Shown one piece after another: positions 12,731-26,571 of a stretch of DNA of 64,000 bases. This DNA is from Octopus bimaculoides. Taxonomy: Eukaryota. Each line of letters begins with the position of its first letter. Position 1 is the stretch's first letter. Where the stretch lies: assembly GCF_001194135.2 (NCBI RefSeq), contig NC_069004.1, positions 28,161,619 to 28,225,618 of the forward strand, written 5' to 3'. The notes under the pieces were generated by a model, which was given only the letters and a program-made list of their open reading frames with translations, was not told the DNA's origin and made no database searches. The translations under genes were made by a program, and so were the position numbers.

Positions 12731-14284
12731 TTGCAGTATGGCCAAATGGTTTAGTTGTTTTGATTCAAAATCACAAAACCGTTTGCTAGATTTCTTTGTT
12801 TGGAACCTTAGACAGGCATGGTTTACCACAGCCCCAAAAACATTGCAATAAGAAATTCAGTTGACAGAAGATGTTGCACGAGTTCTTTGGATGTAGTGTA
12901 ACTACAATTCAAAGTGTACCCTCCTATGCACACACACACACATGCAACTTGTCATGTTAGTTCTTCTTGAGGATAACATTAAAGGTTATACCTGTTTGTG
13001 TAATTCAATGAGCTCAGGTAATCAAACAACTGAAATAGCCTTTGTCAAAACCGACAGCGATCCATTTACTTAGCATATACGTGTAGGTGTGTGTATATAC
13101 ATCCATGTGTGTGTGTGTATAAATATACTAACACATGCATATATACACATGCGTGAGCACACACCTAAATGTATGTAAAGAATTGTTAATTATGAACCGC
13201 TATCAGAATCAATGTTATTCTATTGTGGTATTAATGCACTTGTGCAGCTTTGTATTAATATGGATTATAAATTAAAGGCAATGATATGGATTCCATTCTT
13301 GTTTGTCCATATTTATGAAAAAGCATAACTTTGATCTATTTACATACACAACAGTGATGGTGCTAGTGGTGGTGGTGGTGGTGGTGGTGGTGGTGGNNNN
13401 NNNNNNNNNNNNNNNNNNNNNNNNNNNNNNNNNNNNNNNNNNNNNNNNNNNNNNNNNNNNNNNNNNNNNNNNNNNNNNNNNNNNNNNNNNNNNNNNNNNN
13501 NNNNNNNNNNNNNNNNNNNNNNNNNNNNNNNNNNNNNNNNNNNNNNNNNNNNNNNNNNNNNNNNNNNNNNNNNNNNNNNNNNNNNNNNNNNNNNNNNNNN
13601 NNNNNNNNNNNNNNNNNNNNNNNNNNNNNNNNNNNNNNNNNNNNNNNNNNNNNNNNNNNNNNNNNNNNNNNNNNNNNNNNNNNNNNNNNNNNNNNNNNNN
13701 NNNNNNNNNNNNNNNNNNNNNNNNNNNNNNNNNNNNNNNNNNNNNNNNNNNNNNNNNNNNNNNNNNNNNNNNNNNNNNNNNNNNNNNNNNNNNNNNNNNN
13801 NNNNNNNNNNNNNNNNNNNNNNNNNNNNNNNNNNNNNNNNNNNNNNNNNNNNNNNNNNNNNNNNNNNNNNNNNNNNNNNNNNNNNNNNNNNNNNNNNNNN
13901 NNNNNNNNNNNNNNNNNNNNNNNNNNNNNNNNNNNNNNNNNNNNNNNNNNNNNNNNNNNNNNNNNNNNNNNNNNNNNNNNNNNNNNNNNNNNNNNNNNNN
14001 NNNNNNNNNNNNNNNNNNNNNNNNNNNNNNNNNNNNNNNNNNNNNNNNNNNNNNNNNNNNNNNNNNNNNNNNNNNNNNNNNNNNNNNNNNNNNNNNNNNN
14101 NNNNNNNNNNNNNNNNNNNNNNNNNNNNNNNNNNNNNNNNNNNNNNNNNNNNNNNNNNNNNNNNNNNNNNNNNNNNNNNNNNNNNNNNNNNNNNNNNNNN
14201 NNNNNNNNNNNNNNNNNNNNNNNNNNNNNNNNNNNNNNNNNNNNNNNNNNNNNNNNNNNNNNNNNNNNNNNNNNNNNNNNNNNG

Positions 14285-14543
14285 ACTGGTTCCTGTGCCA
14301 GGGGCACATAAAATGCACCATCTAAACGTGGTCGATGCCAGTGCCCCCTGACTGGCTCCCATGCCGGTGGCACATAAAAAGCACCCACTACACTCTCGGA
14401 GTGATTGTCATTAGGAAGGGCATCCAGCTGTAGAAACTCTGCCAGATCAGATTGGAGCCTGGTGCTGCCTTCTGGCTTGCCAGTCCTCAGTCAAATCGTC
14501 CAACCCATGCTAGCATGGAAAGCGGACGTTAAACGATGATGAT
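14285..14543 (+). mobile_element. Family B repeat (SINE or LINE 3' end with (GAT)n tail)
   Basis: Shared with 29410-29606 (+), 42920-43036 (+), 12368-12465 (-), ~46945-47105 (+) and other fragments; hairpin CCCATGCTAGCATGG followed by a trinucleotide tail, as seen at RTE/L2-type 3' ends. Confidence 0.78.
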
Positions 14544-14570
14544 ATATATGTGTGTGTGTGTGTGTGTGTG

Positions 14571-14940
14571 ACATGGCTGTGTAGTGAGAAGCTTGCTTCC
14601 CAACCACATGGTTCCCGGTTCAGTCCCACTGTGTGTCACCTTGGGCAAGTGTCTTCTCTTATAGCCTTGGCCAACCAAAGCCTTGTGAGTGGATTTAGTA
14701 GACAGAAACTGAAAGAAGCCCATCATTATATATATATGTGAGTGTGTGTGTGTGTGTGTATATATCTTTGGGTCTGTATTCATTGCTTGACAACTGGTGT
14801 TGGTGTGTTTATGTCCTCATAATTTAGAGGTTTGGCAAAGAAGCCAAATATGCCCTGGGGTTGAATTGTTTACCAAAAACACTTCAAGGCAGTGCTCCAG
14901 CATGGCCACAGTCAAATGACTGAAACAAGTTAAAGAAGAA
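14571..14940 (+). mobile_element. Family A SINE
   Basis: Colinear with the family A sequence; abuts a family B tail. Confidence 0.78.
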
Positions 14941-17900
14941 AAGAGAGTGTGTGTTTGTGCAATGAAATTCCACACAGTTTCTGTCTTTAAAATTGTCTCA
15001 CTAAGTACTGGTTGGCCTAGGGCTTCAGTAGAAGACACTTATTCAAGGTGCTTGCAGTGGGACTGAACCCAAACCATTGTGATACTGTAAAGCGATCCCC
15101 TTAGATACACAGCCATGCCTGCTTGAGAGTGTTTCAATTTCAGGGATAATCTACACTGATTAATCAAGATAACATTTTTTTTTAATAAATAAAAATTTCT
15201 TGTGTCACTACATCAAGTACTTTAGTACTCATTTGATAAGCTAAGGTGTGACTGACTGGTTACAAAGCTTGTTTCTCAGCCACTTTCTTCCAGGTTCAGT
15301 CCCAGTGTGTGACATTTAGAGCAGTTATCTTCTAGTATTGCCCTGGGTTCTCTCGAAAGCCTTGTGAGTGGATTCGGTCGATGGAAACTGCAAGTAGTTC
15401 ATTGCGTATATGTATGTGTGTGTACATGTGCATGTGTGTGTGAATTGGTGGTTCCTCATCTTGACATCACGTGATTGTTATAAGGGTAACCATCATACGC
15501 CAGGCAGTGTCTTTTATTATGAATCTTCCGAGAAAACTTATCCAGTCAGGTGAGGTGAGATGATAGGAAAAAGCATCCGACCATTGAAAAATCTGCCTCA
15601 ACAAATTCTGTCCAACTCATGTGAGCATGGCATAGTGGTTGCTAAAACAAAACTGATGATTCACAATATAATTAGTAATGTTTAGTAAGTCTCTGACAAA
15701 GATTTCTTGTAGCTGTAGTATTACTGGCTGGTGACCACCCTGATGTTTCTCAACAGGGTTTCCCCTCTACTCTATCTTACTTGACACCTGACAGCCAATA
15801 CCCTCTCTGGCCCTAACCAACCCAACATAATCCGAAATTACTGTACTACAAACTCTTCTATTTCCATGTGAATAAATTGATTTTCAGAGATTTTATTCTT
15901 TCGCTGTTTTTTTTTTTTCTTCTTTCTGAACCAACTTGAAATTCGGTTCTTAAGTATTAATTATTTAATATTTTTAATTATAAAAGTATGTTATGTCATT
16001 GTTCGTAGAGTGTTATTTTTAGTGTTTAAAAAGGACTTCTACTTCAGTAAGCTTTTGTACAGGCTTTTTTTTTTTAAATTTTATTTTGTAACTTTTTTTT
16101 TGTGTGTGTGTTTTCCATTTAATTTTTCTTATTGTTTTGTTGGTGCTTAAGATAAACAAGATCTGCTTGTAACAACTGGATGAATGTCTGTCATGAAATA
16201 TGATCTATTGGATTTACATCAAAGTTGACATAAAATGATCGTGTGGTTGGTGGTGGTGGTGGTGGTAGTGATGGTGGTAGTGGTGGTGGTAGTGATGGTG
16301 GTGGTGGTGATGGTGGGTGGCAAAGTCTCTTTGGATGTGGAGGTGGAGTTGGATGACAAAATCTGTGAAACATGAAAAGAAAGAATGCATTCAAGCCATG
16401 TTAAATCAGTTTTAGTTCTCAGAAATCAAAGAGAGTCGGTCTGTGCATGTGTGTATGTGGGTGTGTGCATGTGTGCGTATGTTTGCGGGTGTGTGCTTGT
16501 GTAAGTGTGTATGCGTAGACATGCGTGAGTTTGTAGATATGTAGGTGTTTGTGTATTTGTAAATGTGTGTATGTGTGTGTAATGCTTCAAGCTATCATAT
16601 TTGATGGTATATAAGATGCACATTATTCTGAAAATATGTCTCAAAAAAAAATCACCCTGGGGCCTATATATGAGGTTACTTTATTCCACGCTCTAATACA
16701 CCAAAAACATTTATTCCTGGAATCTGCACTGCTGAAATAGGGGTGCTTCTTCTATGCCATCAAATACGGTGCTTAGATTTTTTTTGTGTCAGATTAAAAA
16801 AAAAAAAATCCCTTAAGCTCAAGGAAACTGAATTGATCAGACGTAGACGATTATCTGTGGAAGAATTTGCCAGAAAGGATTATGACAAGCACCGTTCCAT
16901 CTGCAGTGAAGGATTTTTGATTCCTGTCCGTTCCGCCATACATTTATATTAGATTATTTTACTGTCTTGAGTCCAAGGGCTCATAGGACCAGTTACCTGG
17001 TTTCTATGATGTGTAAGTGACCGAGATCACAAAATTCCTCCCTGCCAAATGGGGTACTGGTCTGTCACAGGGTTACTCGTTTACAGCTGAGTAGACTGGA
17101 GCAGTGTGAAATGAAGTGTTTTGCTCAAGAACGCAATGCACTGCCCAGTCTGGGAATCAAAACCATATTAAAACAATGCTGATGATGATTCACAATAGTT
17201 ACCTTGTTCAATAAGTGTCTGACCAAGATTTCTTGTAGCTGTGGTATTGTAACTGGTACAGAAGAGTAATGGCAACAATCATTACTCTTCGGTAGAGTTA
17301 CTATTTGCATCTCTTATAGAGATTTTAGAATTAGCTACTTTGCTTGTTGTAAACAAAATCAGAGCTGAATGTCACTTATTTATTTATATATTGCAAAATA
17401 GGACAAATAACTGTCAAGTATTTTGTTGTTATTTGGTAAGCCTTGACTGAGCTGACCTGTGGTCAAATATATTCCAGCCATGACCATCCTCTTGGTCTTT
17501 TTCTGCCCTACTCCCACTACACTGAAACAGTGTATTGCAGGATCACATTAGGGTATGTCTCATGACAGATTTAGCTGTTATTTACAGCAAGTTAAGCAGC
17601 CATGTAGAGGCTCCTCATTTGGGATGTCTTAAATATCAATCAATAATTAGACACTGTTTTATCTCTAACTTTGAACAGTATACACTGTTTTTTTATTTGT
17701 ATATTTATCTATTTTTTAAGTTCTTTTATATGCCACTATCTGTGTTGGCTTTTGTAATTCTCAAGTGTTCTAAGACATTTTTATAACTGAACCATCTGCT
17801 GCCTTATCAGATTTGTGAATTATTTGTCCAGGATTGCATGTTTGTTGATTTAAATTATCTAAGTACATACCATGACTGGGCAATGTGACCAGATGTTATT

Positions 17901-18789
17901 GGTTTTCATTATCCAAAGTCAGGTCTTTGTACATCTACATGAAAACCTCTTTGTTTTTATTTTTTATTTTTCAACTGATTGTCAACCTGGAGTGGGGTAT
18001 ATTAGTTTATTAACCATGTTTTGTGATCCTTTTTTTCCCCTCCTATTCAATATACTTTGCCCAGACTTCCTTATTCTTTTCCATAAAGATCTACTTTCTA
18101 TTTCCCTCCCTCCATTTCTTATCCCTAATCTAACAACCACTTCTACCTCTTGTATTGGCTTGCTTTATTGATAAGAGATCAATTACTGTTTCTTATGGCT
18201 ATAAATTATTTACAATCTGTTGTATATATATATTTATACAATCCTACAGTAACAGATATTTTATTAGTTTTCTTTATTGAAGAAAACATTTCTCACCTTC
18301 GGACTGCTATAAATGTACTTGTTGGTGTCTATTTGTAGGGGTAATGTATTCTAAAGGGCCATTACATTTTTTTTATTTCTCCCTCTCTCTTTTTTACCTT
18401 TTTTTTTTTTTCTTCTTATTTATTTCCTTTTCCTCTCTCGGTATTGCTAATGTATTAATGACTACTGTTTTGTTTTTAGAACGCTGTTCTTTTCTGGAAA
18501 TTAACTATTCAAATACATCATTATTACTCTGGCTTGATTGTTTCTATGCATGCGATTGCACCAAGCAGCGCTAATTAAAATGTTATAATGCTTTAATTAA
18601 TCAGATACTTCTCTCAAAAGCAACTTATATTTAATTATTGTTTTGGTCTCAAGACTTAAACCATTTTCGTTTTATATATATATATGTGTGTGTATGTGTT
18701 TGTGTGTGTATCTCTATATATATGTGTGCGTGTATATATATGTCTAATCCATGCCAGAATGGACAACGGATATTAAATGATGATGATGA

Positions 18790-18825
18790 TATGTGTGTGT
18801 ATATATATGTGTATGTGTGTATATA

Positions 18826-18868
<43 letters not shown>

Positions 18869-18963
18869 ATGTGTGTATGCATATGTGTGTATGCATATGT
18901 GTGTGTATGTATGTATATGTATATATGTGTGTGTATGTATGTGTATATATTTGTATGCATATA

Positions 18964-19019
<56 letters not shown>

Positions 19020-19020
19020 T
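18790..19020. repeat. Compound TA/TG/CA microsatellite (one of dozens in the window)
   Basis: Direct reading. Confidence 0.95.
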
Positions 19021-19477
19021 ATCAATTTGATATGGGCGATTCTTTCTTGTATATTTTCTTGACTTGGGATTCATGGTCAAATGGCTGGGTGGAGTTGCGT
19101 GTAAAATTACACAGATATGTGGGACACTAGTACATGAGAAATCAGAAGAGAAAAATGAGAAGACAGATGCAAGAAGTGGAAGGGTGAATAAAAACAGAAA
19201 GAGTCTTGTAGATGGAACTGAAAGAAGCATGTTTTTCAAAAAGAATAAACTGTGTGTTCAGAGCCTGGAGATTGCTTGAAAGCACAAGGTGTGCTTTAAA
19301 AACCTGCCTAGACACACGTCTTCAGAGCGAGAGTCTATTAGTAGCTTGTATCTTTGTACTGTGTACAGTGAACGATATCTCTCTCACTTGGAGTACTTTT
19401 TTTTGTTGATCTTACCTTAACAGAACTGTAAATGCTCTCTCTGTCTTTTTTTCTCTCTTTCTCTGTATGTGTCTATG

Positions 19478-19526
<49 letters not shown>

Positions 19527-20008
19527 TATATATACTGGAGTGAACACATGTTACAATGAAGTAGAGAAATTTGAAAAGACAACACGAAACCGGGTATTTC
19601 TCCAAAATACAATGTTTANNNNNNNNNNNNNNNNNNNNNNNNNNNNNNNNNNNNNNNNNNNNNNNNNNNNNNNNNNNNNNNNNNNNNNNNNNNNNNNNNN
19701 NNNNNNNNNNNNNNNNNNNNNNNNNNNNNNNNNNNNNNNNNNNNNNNNNNNNNNNNNNNNNNNNNNNNNNNNNNNNNNNNNNNNNNNNNNNNNNNNNNNN
19801 NNNNNNNNNNNNNNNNNNNNNNNNNNNNNNNNNNNNNNNNNNNNNNNNNNNNNNNNNNNNNNNNNNNNNNNNNNNNNNNNNNNNNNNNNNNNNNNNNNNN
19901 NNNNNNNNNNNNNNNNNNNNNNNNNNNNNNNNNNNNNNNNNNNNNNNNNNNNNNNNNNNNNNNNNNNNNNNNNNNNNNNNNNNNNNNNNNNNNNNNNNNN
20001 NNNNNNNN

Positions 20009-20061
<53 letters not shown>

Positions 20062-20470
20062 ACACACACATACTTGTTTGTTGATATTTGTTATGTGTTC
20101 GTAGGTGGAGAAGTACTCGAAGCATAACGGTAACATAGATGTTAGTCAGCCAACCACTTTATACACACACACACACACACCACTATTATACTTGTCAATC
20201 CAATTTTACATGCCTGATTGTTGTATTGTATTGTAATGTAGTCCCTTTGTTGTCAATTTTGGTAAATGACAAAATTCATCATCATCATCATCGTCATTAA
20301 TATTAATTAAGAGTCATCCGCGCATAGACTCTTAACATTCAAATCCCTGCTGAGTTCAACTTAGCTTTTCATTCTTCCGGGAGTTGATTAAATAAGTACC
20401 AGTCAAATACTGGTGTTGATGCAACTGACTAACCATTCCAAAATTTGAAATAATAATAATAATAATAATA

Positions 20471-20505
<35 letters not shown>

Positions 20506-21034
20506 GGCTTTGAACTTGTAGAATAGTTAGTATGCCGAGCAAAATACTAAGAGGCATTTCGTCTGTCTTTGCATTCTGAGTTAAAATTGTGCCAAGGTCA
20601 TCTTTGCCTTTCAGCCTTTCGGGGGGTCAATACATTAAAATACCAATGAAACACTGGGATCGATATAACTGACTAGTCCCCTCCCCAAAAGTTTCAAACC
20701 TTGTGTCTATAGTAGAAAGGATTGTTACTATTATTATTATTATTTTATGTTTGACTTTTGCTTTGCATTTGTACAAGTTGGATCCAAGTCTCACCCAGAG
20801 ACCTCAAGAGACAACAAGTTAGAAGTTCATGTAGGTGTTATGCCTAGGGTACCATATATTTGGATTTGTACATAGTGTTGTTCTAGAGAATGTTTAAAAA
20901 ACCATAAGAAAATTATGTGTTTGTTTTAAAATTTGATATCACATAGACTGTATTTTACGTAGGATATGGGCAGTTCCCATGAGCACTATCTTTTGAGTGA
21001 GCACTATCTTTTGAATTATTATTATTATTATTAT

Positions 21035-21230
21035 GGTGATGAGCTGGCAGAATTGTTAGCACACCGGGCAAAATGCTTAGCAGTATTTTGTCTGTCTTCA
21101 TGTTCTGAGTTTAAATACCACCAGGGTCAACTTTGCCTTTCATTGATAAATTAAGTACCAGTTGAGTACTGGGGGGGGTCAGTAATTGACTATCTTCCTC
21201 CCTAAAATTTCAAGTCTTGTGCCTATATTT
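21035..21230 (+). mobile_element. Family D-related SINE, diverged
   Basis: GGTGATGAGCTGGCAGAATTGTTAGCACACCGGGCAAAATGCTTAGC..AAGTACCAG matches the 61158 head and body; related remnants at ~20505-20720 (+), ~43240-43420 (-), 8735-8835 (-). Confidence 0.7.
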
Positions 21231-21245
21231 GTTTTTTTTTTTTTC

Positions 21246-21490
21246 TCCCTTTTAAAGCCTAGCCAGGCTCATGGGCCCGGTTTTCCGGTTTCAATGGCGT
21301 ATGTGTTCCCCAGCTGGACGGGATGCCAGTCCATCGCAGTGTTACTCATTTTTGCCAGCTGAGTAAACTGGAGCAACGTGAAATGAAGTGTTTTGCTCAA
21401 GAACACAACACGTCGCCCAGTCCAGGAATCGAAACCACAATCTTACGATCATGATGCTGACACCCTAACCACTAAGCCACGTGCCTCCAC
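21246..21490 (-). mobile_element. tRNA-derived CORE-type SINE, family E
   Basis: Minus strand GTGGAGGCACGTGGCTTAGTGG..GGTTTCGATTCCTGGAC..CTTGAGCAAAACACTTCATTTCACG; related copies at ~16965-17165 (-), 28810-29040 (+), 34645-34920 (+), 49855-50040 (+), 51865-52060 (+). Confidence 0.78.
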
Positions 21491-21654
21491 TTGTGCTTAT
21501 AGTACAAAGGATTATTATTATTATTATTCAGTAGTCATTTTTTTACATGCTTCCACTGCACTACTAAGTTCTATGCACATGTGTTGTGGTTTGTTTTGGT
21601 GCTATTATTATTATTATTGTCATTATTATCATTATTATTGTTGTTGTTGTTATT

Positions 21655-21692
<38 letters not shown>

Positions 21693-21789
21693 AGCTGATC
21701 TCTATTTCATTCATGTTGAAATTCTCATTTCCTCTTGTGTTTAAAGAATCTCTGAATCCTGTGAATTGTTGATATTATTCTAGTTGTTG

Positions 21790-22015
21790 TTCTTCTTATT
21801 GTCATTCATATCACTTGACCTGACGTAATCACTTACTTTCCAACAGTTCGTCTAATCTTAAATGAACTGTCTTCACATTCGTCTGTATTTTTGTGCAAAT
21901 TCTCCGAAACTATTGTATCGGAAAGGTCAAACATATGTACGACAAGAACTGAACATAAATTCAAGTTTTGTCAGATACGATAAATGACTAATCGACTACA
22001 GCTAAAATGGTAAGT
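21790..22015 (+). promoter_or_regulatory. Candidate promoter and non-coding first exon (possibly of FUT8)
   Basis: Unique, relatively CpG-retaining sequence with an ATF/CREB-like TGACGTAA site and a consensus donor ATG|GTAAGT (GT at 22010-22011). No transcript evidence. Confidence 0.25.
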
Positions 22016-22169
22016 AGCTGTTGAAGAACAGCATTACCATTTTCTTGTAAATGATCTATTTTGATTATTTATCGTAATCAACACTAGCCAGAAAGTATCT
22101 CCACTTCCATGAACCTGCAATTTGGCTTCACATGTAATCAGAGAAAACTTCAATCTCTCTTGCTCTGAG

Positions 22170-22226
<57 letters not shown>

Positions 22227-22784
22227 CTTCTCTAAAGCAAATTAAGATAGCCATTGTATTACAATCACAAAATGAAGTGTCATCAGGCTGTCAAGCTATT
22301 GAAATATGCGTTTTTACTTAAAAGCCTCCGAGAGACTCTTTAATGTGGTAAGCATTTTGTTTCTGAAATGTCAAATGCACAAGACAAACTATGGTCTATG
22401 GTCAATTGTACTTTTAAGTTGGCAGTAGGTGAGTAGTGTTTCATTTGTTCACGTATGGTGTGGGCAGATGAGGTGGACGTGATAGTGGGGAACTATTTAT
22501 GGTAAAGTAGCAAACTTTACTACTAATTTGAGATGAAGAAAACAGGTCCGTTCACTAAATGATGAGATGTGGGTGCAGGCGTGGCTGTGTGGTAAGGAGT
22601 TTGCTTCCCAACCACATGGTTCTAGGTTCAATCCCACTGTGTGGTACCTCAGGTGAGTGTCTTCTACTATAGCCTTGGGCCGACCAAAGCCTTGTGAGCG
22701 GATTTGGTAGACAGAAACTAAAAGAAGCCTCTGTGTGTGTACCATCAGTAGTTCATTTGTCCGAAAAAGAAGCACAAGCTGGAG

Positions 22785-22872
22785 CAACGTTTTACAAACA
22801 TTTTTGTCGGGACCCATTTTATTTATTTCATGACCCACTGAAGGGTCAGAACCCACAGTTTGAAAAACACTA
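22785..22872. mobile_element. hAT (Charlie-type) mini-MITE
   Basis: TIRs CAACGTTTTACAAAC / GTTTGAAAAACACTA; right flank CTCTAGAG fits the NTCTAGAN hAT target; left flank AGCTGGAG is a 5/8 match. Confidence 0.6.
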
Positions 22873-24240
22873 CTCTAGAGCATTAGAGCAGTAATACATT
22901 TTTTAGGAAGTTAATACTTATGGCTGGTCATAGACTGACCATTGGTTTTGTGCCTATAAAGTGCTTAGCAGTATAAGCGACTCAACAAACACAAATAGCC
23001 GACATCTATTTCTTAATATATACATCATCATCTTTTAACGTCTGTCTCCCATGCTGGCATGGGTTGGACAATTTGAGAGGAGTTGGCGAGATAGAAGACT
23101 ACACCAGGCTACTGTGCCTGTATTGGCAGGATTTTTACAGCTGGATATATATGGTGGAAAAAGGGGTTCTTGTGTCTGTGTTTCTCCCCTCCACTGCTTG
23201 ACAACTGCTGTTGGTATGTTTTTGTCCCCATAACTTAGAGGTTCGAAGTACCAGGTCTTAAAAAATAATAAGTACTGGCATCGATTAATTTGACTGAAAA
23301 ATTCTTCAAAGCGTTGCCCCAGTATGGTCGCGGTCTAATGACTGAAACAAGTCAAGGTAAAGTATTTTAGGGATTGATGGGGTTAGGCTACAGTAAAATT
23401 TTTAAAATTTTAGCTCTATACTGTCCTTCGTGAAAAAACTTTTATTGCCTTAAATATAACATAGGCATGGCCATATGGTTAAGAGGCTCACTTTACAAAT
23501 GCATGGTTTCAGGTTCAATTCCACTGTGTGGCACTTTGGGAAAATATATTCAATAGCCTCAGGCCAACCAATTCATTGCAAGTGGAAACTCTGTGTGTGT
23601 GTGTGTTTATGGTTGTCATCATCACTGATTTACAGCTGGTGTTGGTTTATTTGCATCCCTGTAACTTACCAGTTCAACAAAAATGGATCATTAGAATAAG
23701 CACCAGCCTTTAAAAAAAAAAAGTTTGAGTTGCTTTCTTCAACTAAACTCTTCAGTGTGGTGCACCAGCATGGTCGTAGTCTAATACTTGAAACAAGGGT
23801 AAATGATCATCGAAATCATTGTCATCATTCTCTGTCTGTTTTTCCATACTGTCATGGATTGGACAATGACAACTATCATCATCATCATCATCATTATTTT
23901 GATGGCAGTTTTTTTTTTTGTCCGCCTTTGCTAGCATCTGCAAATGAGTTCGCAAAATGTCAACTTCCACCACATTTAGGTATTTCAGTTGGAACAGAAC
24001 CCTCAAACCTTTTGTTTATAAGTGTAGGAATTTAATAGCCCACGTAACATGAAGATGCAAGTATATTTATCTGGAACACTCCATAAACTGTATGCATCTT
24101 TTAGCAAGTGTATATATATATATATATATATANNNNNNNNNNNNNNNNNNNNNNNNNNNNNNNNNNNNNNNNNNNNNNNNNNNNNNNNNNNNNNNNNNNN
24201 NNNNNNNNNNNNNNNNNNNNNNNNNNNNNNNNTATATATG

Positions 24241-24271
<31 letters not shown>

Positions 24272-25277
24272 GTGTATATGTAGCTTCTATGTATATAACA
24301 TTAGAAATGGTGTATGCAAACACACCTGTATGTGTGGTAGTGATTAAGTATGGAAGAATACGAATTTATAGAAAGATGTTAAAAGCTTAAACTAATCCAT
24401 GTTGTGAAAAGAATTCTCTTCCTCAAACCCCTCACCCCACCACCAACCCTATTTCTCCCCACGTCCCACCCCAGCCCCAAGACTTCTGAAGGTCCATTAA
24501 ACTGATGCACTTATCATTGTAACATGTGCATGGTATCTGAGAAGACGGTCTTTAATTTATATATTGTATGCAGAAAAACATTGTCTCTGAAAGTTGAGCT
24601 TCACTTCCACTTCTCCACATATATCTAGATACGTATACATACACACATATATATGTGTACATAAATTGATGCACACATACATATATGTATATATACATAC
24701 ATATATAAATCTACATGTGTTTATGCATGTGCATGTATATATATATCATTTCATTTTCATTTTATCTAGTTTCAGCTCATGAGCTCTGGCCATGCTGGGG
24801 CACTGCCATTTGGTGTTGCTACACAATTTTACTTCATGAATTTTACTTCAGGAATTGACATTTGGTGCATGAGAGAGTTTGATGCAGCTGCTCTCATCTG
24901 CCCCTCCTGCCGTGAAGTTGGTTCATCTGGGACACCTGACAGGAAGTGGTTCAGCCTCATTCAAATATGGATTAGAAGCAACTCAGATACCCATACACAA
25001 GGTGTGTATGCTGTTAGATCATCGGGTGGCTGCATTTTTTAGGCGTTAGAGAATATGATCTCAGTGCCCTCATTTTCTTGTTTCAATCACTAGACAGCAG
25101 CCATGCTGGGGCACCGCCTTGAAGAGTTTTAGTCAAACAGATCGACCCCAGCACTTATTAATTTTTGTAAAGCCTGGTACTAATTCTGTCGCTTTTGCCA
25201 AACTGCTAAGTTACAAAGATATAAACATGCCAGCACTGGTTCTCAACAGGTGGTGGGGGACAAACACATACACAAAG

Positions 25278-25310
<33 letters not shown>

Positions 25311-25403
25311 CATATATAAATTCAAAAATCAAATAAGTTATCATTATCTTTAAAATAATAATGATAAAGTAGCCAGCAAATATAACCAAATAGGCAAAAT
25401 ATA

Positions 25404-25829
25404 TACTCTTTACTCTCTTTTACTTGTTTCAGTCATTTGACTGCGGCCATGCTGGAGCACCACCTTTAGTCGAGCAAATCGACCCCAGGACTTATTCTTT
25501 GTAAGCCTAGTACTTATTCTATCGTTCTCTTTTGCCGAACCGCTAAGTTACGGGGATGTAAACATACCAGCATTGGTTGTGAAGCTATGTTAGGGAGACA
25601 AACACAGACACAAACATACACACGCACATACGTATATATATNNNNNNNNNNNNNNNNNNNNNNNNNNNNNNNNNNNNNNNNNNNNNNNATATATATATAT
25701 ATATATATATATATACGAGGGGCTTCTTTCAGTTTCCGTCTACCAAATCCTCTCACAAGGCTTTGGTCGGCCCAAGGCTATAGTAGAAGACACTTGCCCA
25801 AGGTGCCACGCAGTGGGAATGAACCCGGA
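25404..25829 (-). mobile_element. Family A SINE spanning a gap
   Basis: Tail and CORE-like block match 48075-48506; gap sits in the internal TA repeat. Further partial copies lie near 3165-3660, 6545-7035, 22573-22730, 26700-27030, 31660-31820, 33290-33530, 34200-34325, 35100-35250, 37940-38105, 44150-44560, 50100-50250, 60706-60960, 61868-62390. Confidence 0.78.
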
Positions 25830-26211
25830 ACCCTCACTATATGTAAACACGCATGGAGAATGTAGTAGATATACTAAAAAACAGTTGTCCCCATTCATAA
25901 AACTACAAATGGGGACGAATTTGCTCCATTCTCCATGCATGTTTACATATAGTGAGAGATGCGTAACTTTGGAGGGTTTTAACTCTTCTTTCTAGGTTTG
26001 CTCAAGGTTCCATGCAGTGGGACCTGAACCTGGAACCATGTGGTTGGAAAGCAAACTTCTTACCACAAGGCACACACTCTTTTATTATTTTTGATTGGCA
26101 GAAACTTATAAAAGTGACTTGAGGGCTGAGTTCAGTTCTATATTTAAGAGAAGAGGAATTATTTACATTATTTACATTCGACGGATATTTGTCCTTATCT
26201 TGTTTGTTGTT

Positions 26212-26257
26212 AACACAACGTTTCGGCTGATATACCCTCCAGCCTTCTTCAGGTGTC
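26212..26257 (-). ncRNA. Minimal type-I hammerhead ribozyme in the tail of a tRNA-headed element
   Basis: The minus strand reads GACAC-CTGAAGA-A-GGCTG-GAGGGTATAT-CAGCC-GAAA-CGT-T-GTGTT: stem I GACAC/GTGTT (one G-U), an extra A before the 5-bp stem II, palindrome ACGT, GUU triplet. Confidence 0.7.
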
Positions 26258-26304
26258 TTGGGGAAATTTCAAACCTGGGTTCTCATTCCTAAGGTATTTT
26301 TCAA

Positions 26305-26339
<35 letters not shown>

Positions 26340-26528
26340 GTGTTCAGGCCACTGCTTGAAATCGAACTTGGATTCCTACGGCATATGGCGCAGTGGTTAA
26401 GAGTGCGGGCTACTAACCCCAAGATTCCAAGTTCGATTCCAAGCAGTGACCTGAACACTAATAATAATAATAATAATAACATCGAAAAATACCTTAGGAA
26501 TGAGAACCCAGGTTCGAAATTTCCCCAA

Positions 26529-26571
26529 GATACCTGAAGAAGGCTGGAGGGTATATCAGCCGAAACTTGTT
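26529..26571 (+). ncRNA. Decayed second copy of the hammerhead (right arm of the foldback)
   Basis: GATAC-CTGAAGA-A-GGCTG..CAGCC-GAAAC-TTGTT; a net 3-nt loss removes the ACGT palindrome and disrupts stem I. Confidence 0.55.

Noticed and set aside
16743-16952. 69-aa ORF with a possible acceptor near 16792
   Set aside because: No recognisable homology, no good donor, and a poly-A run in frame.
26379-26452. tRNA gene candidates (also 51171-51245, 61158-61250, 21410-21490)
   Set aside because: A/B boxes are present but acceptor and T stems are incomplete, and each continues into a repeated SINE body.
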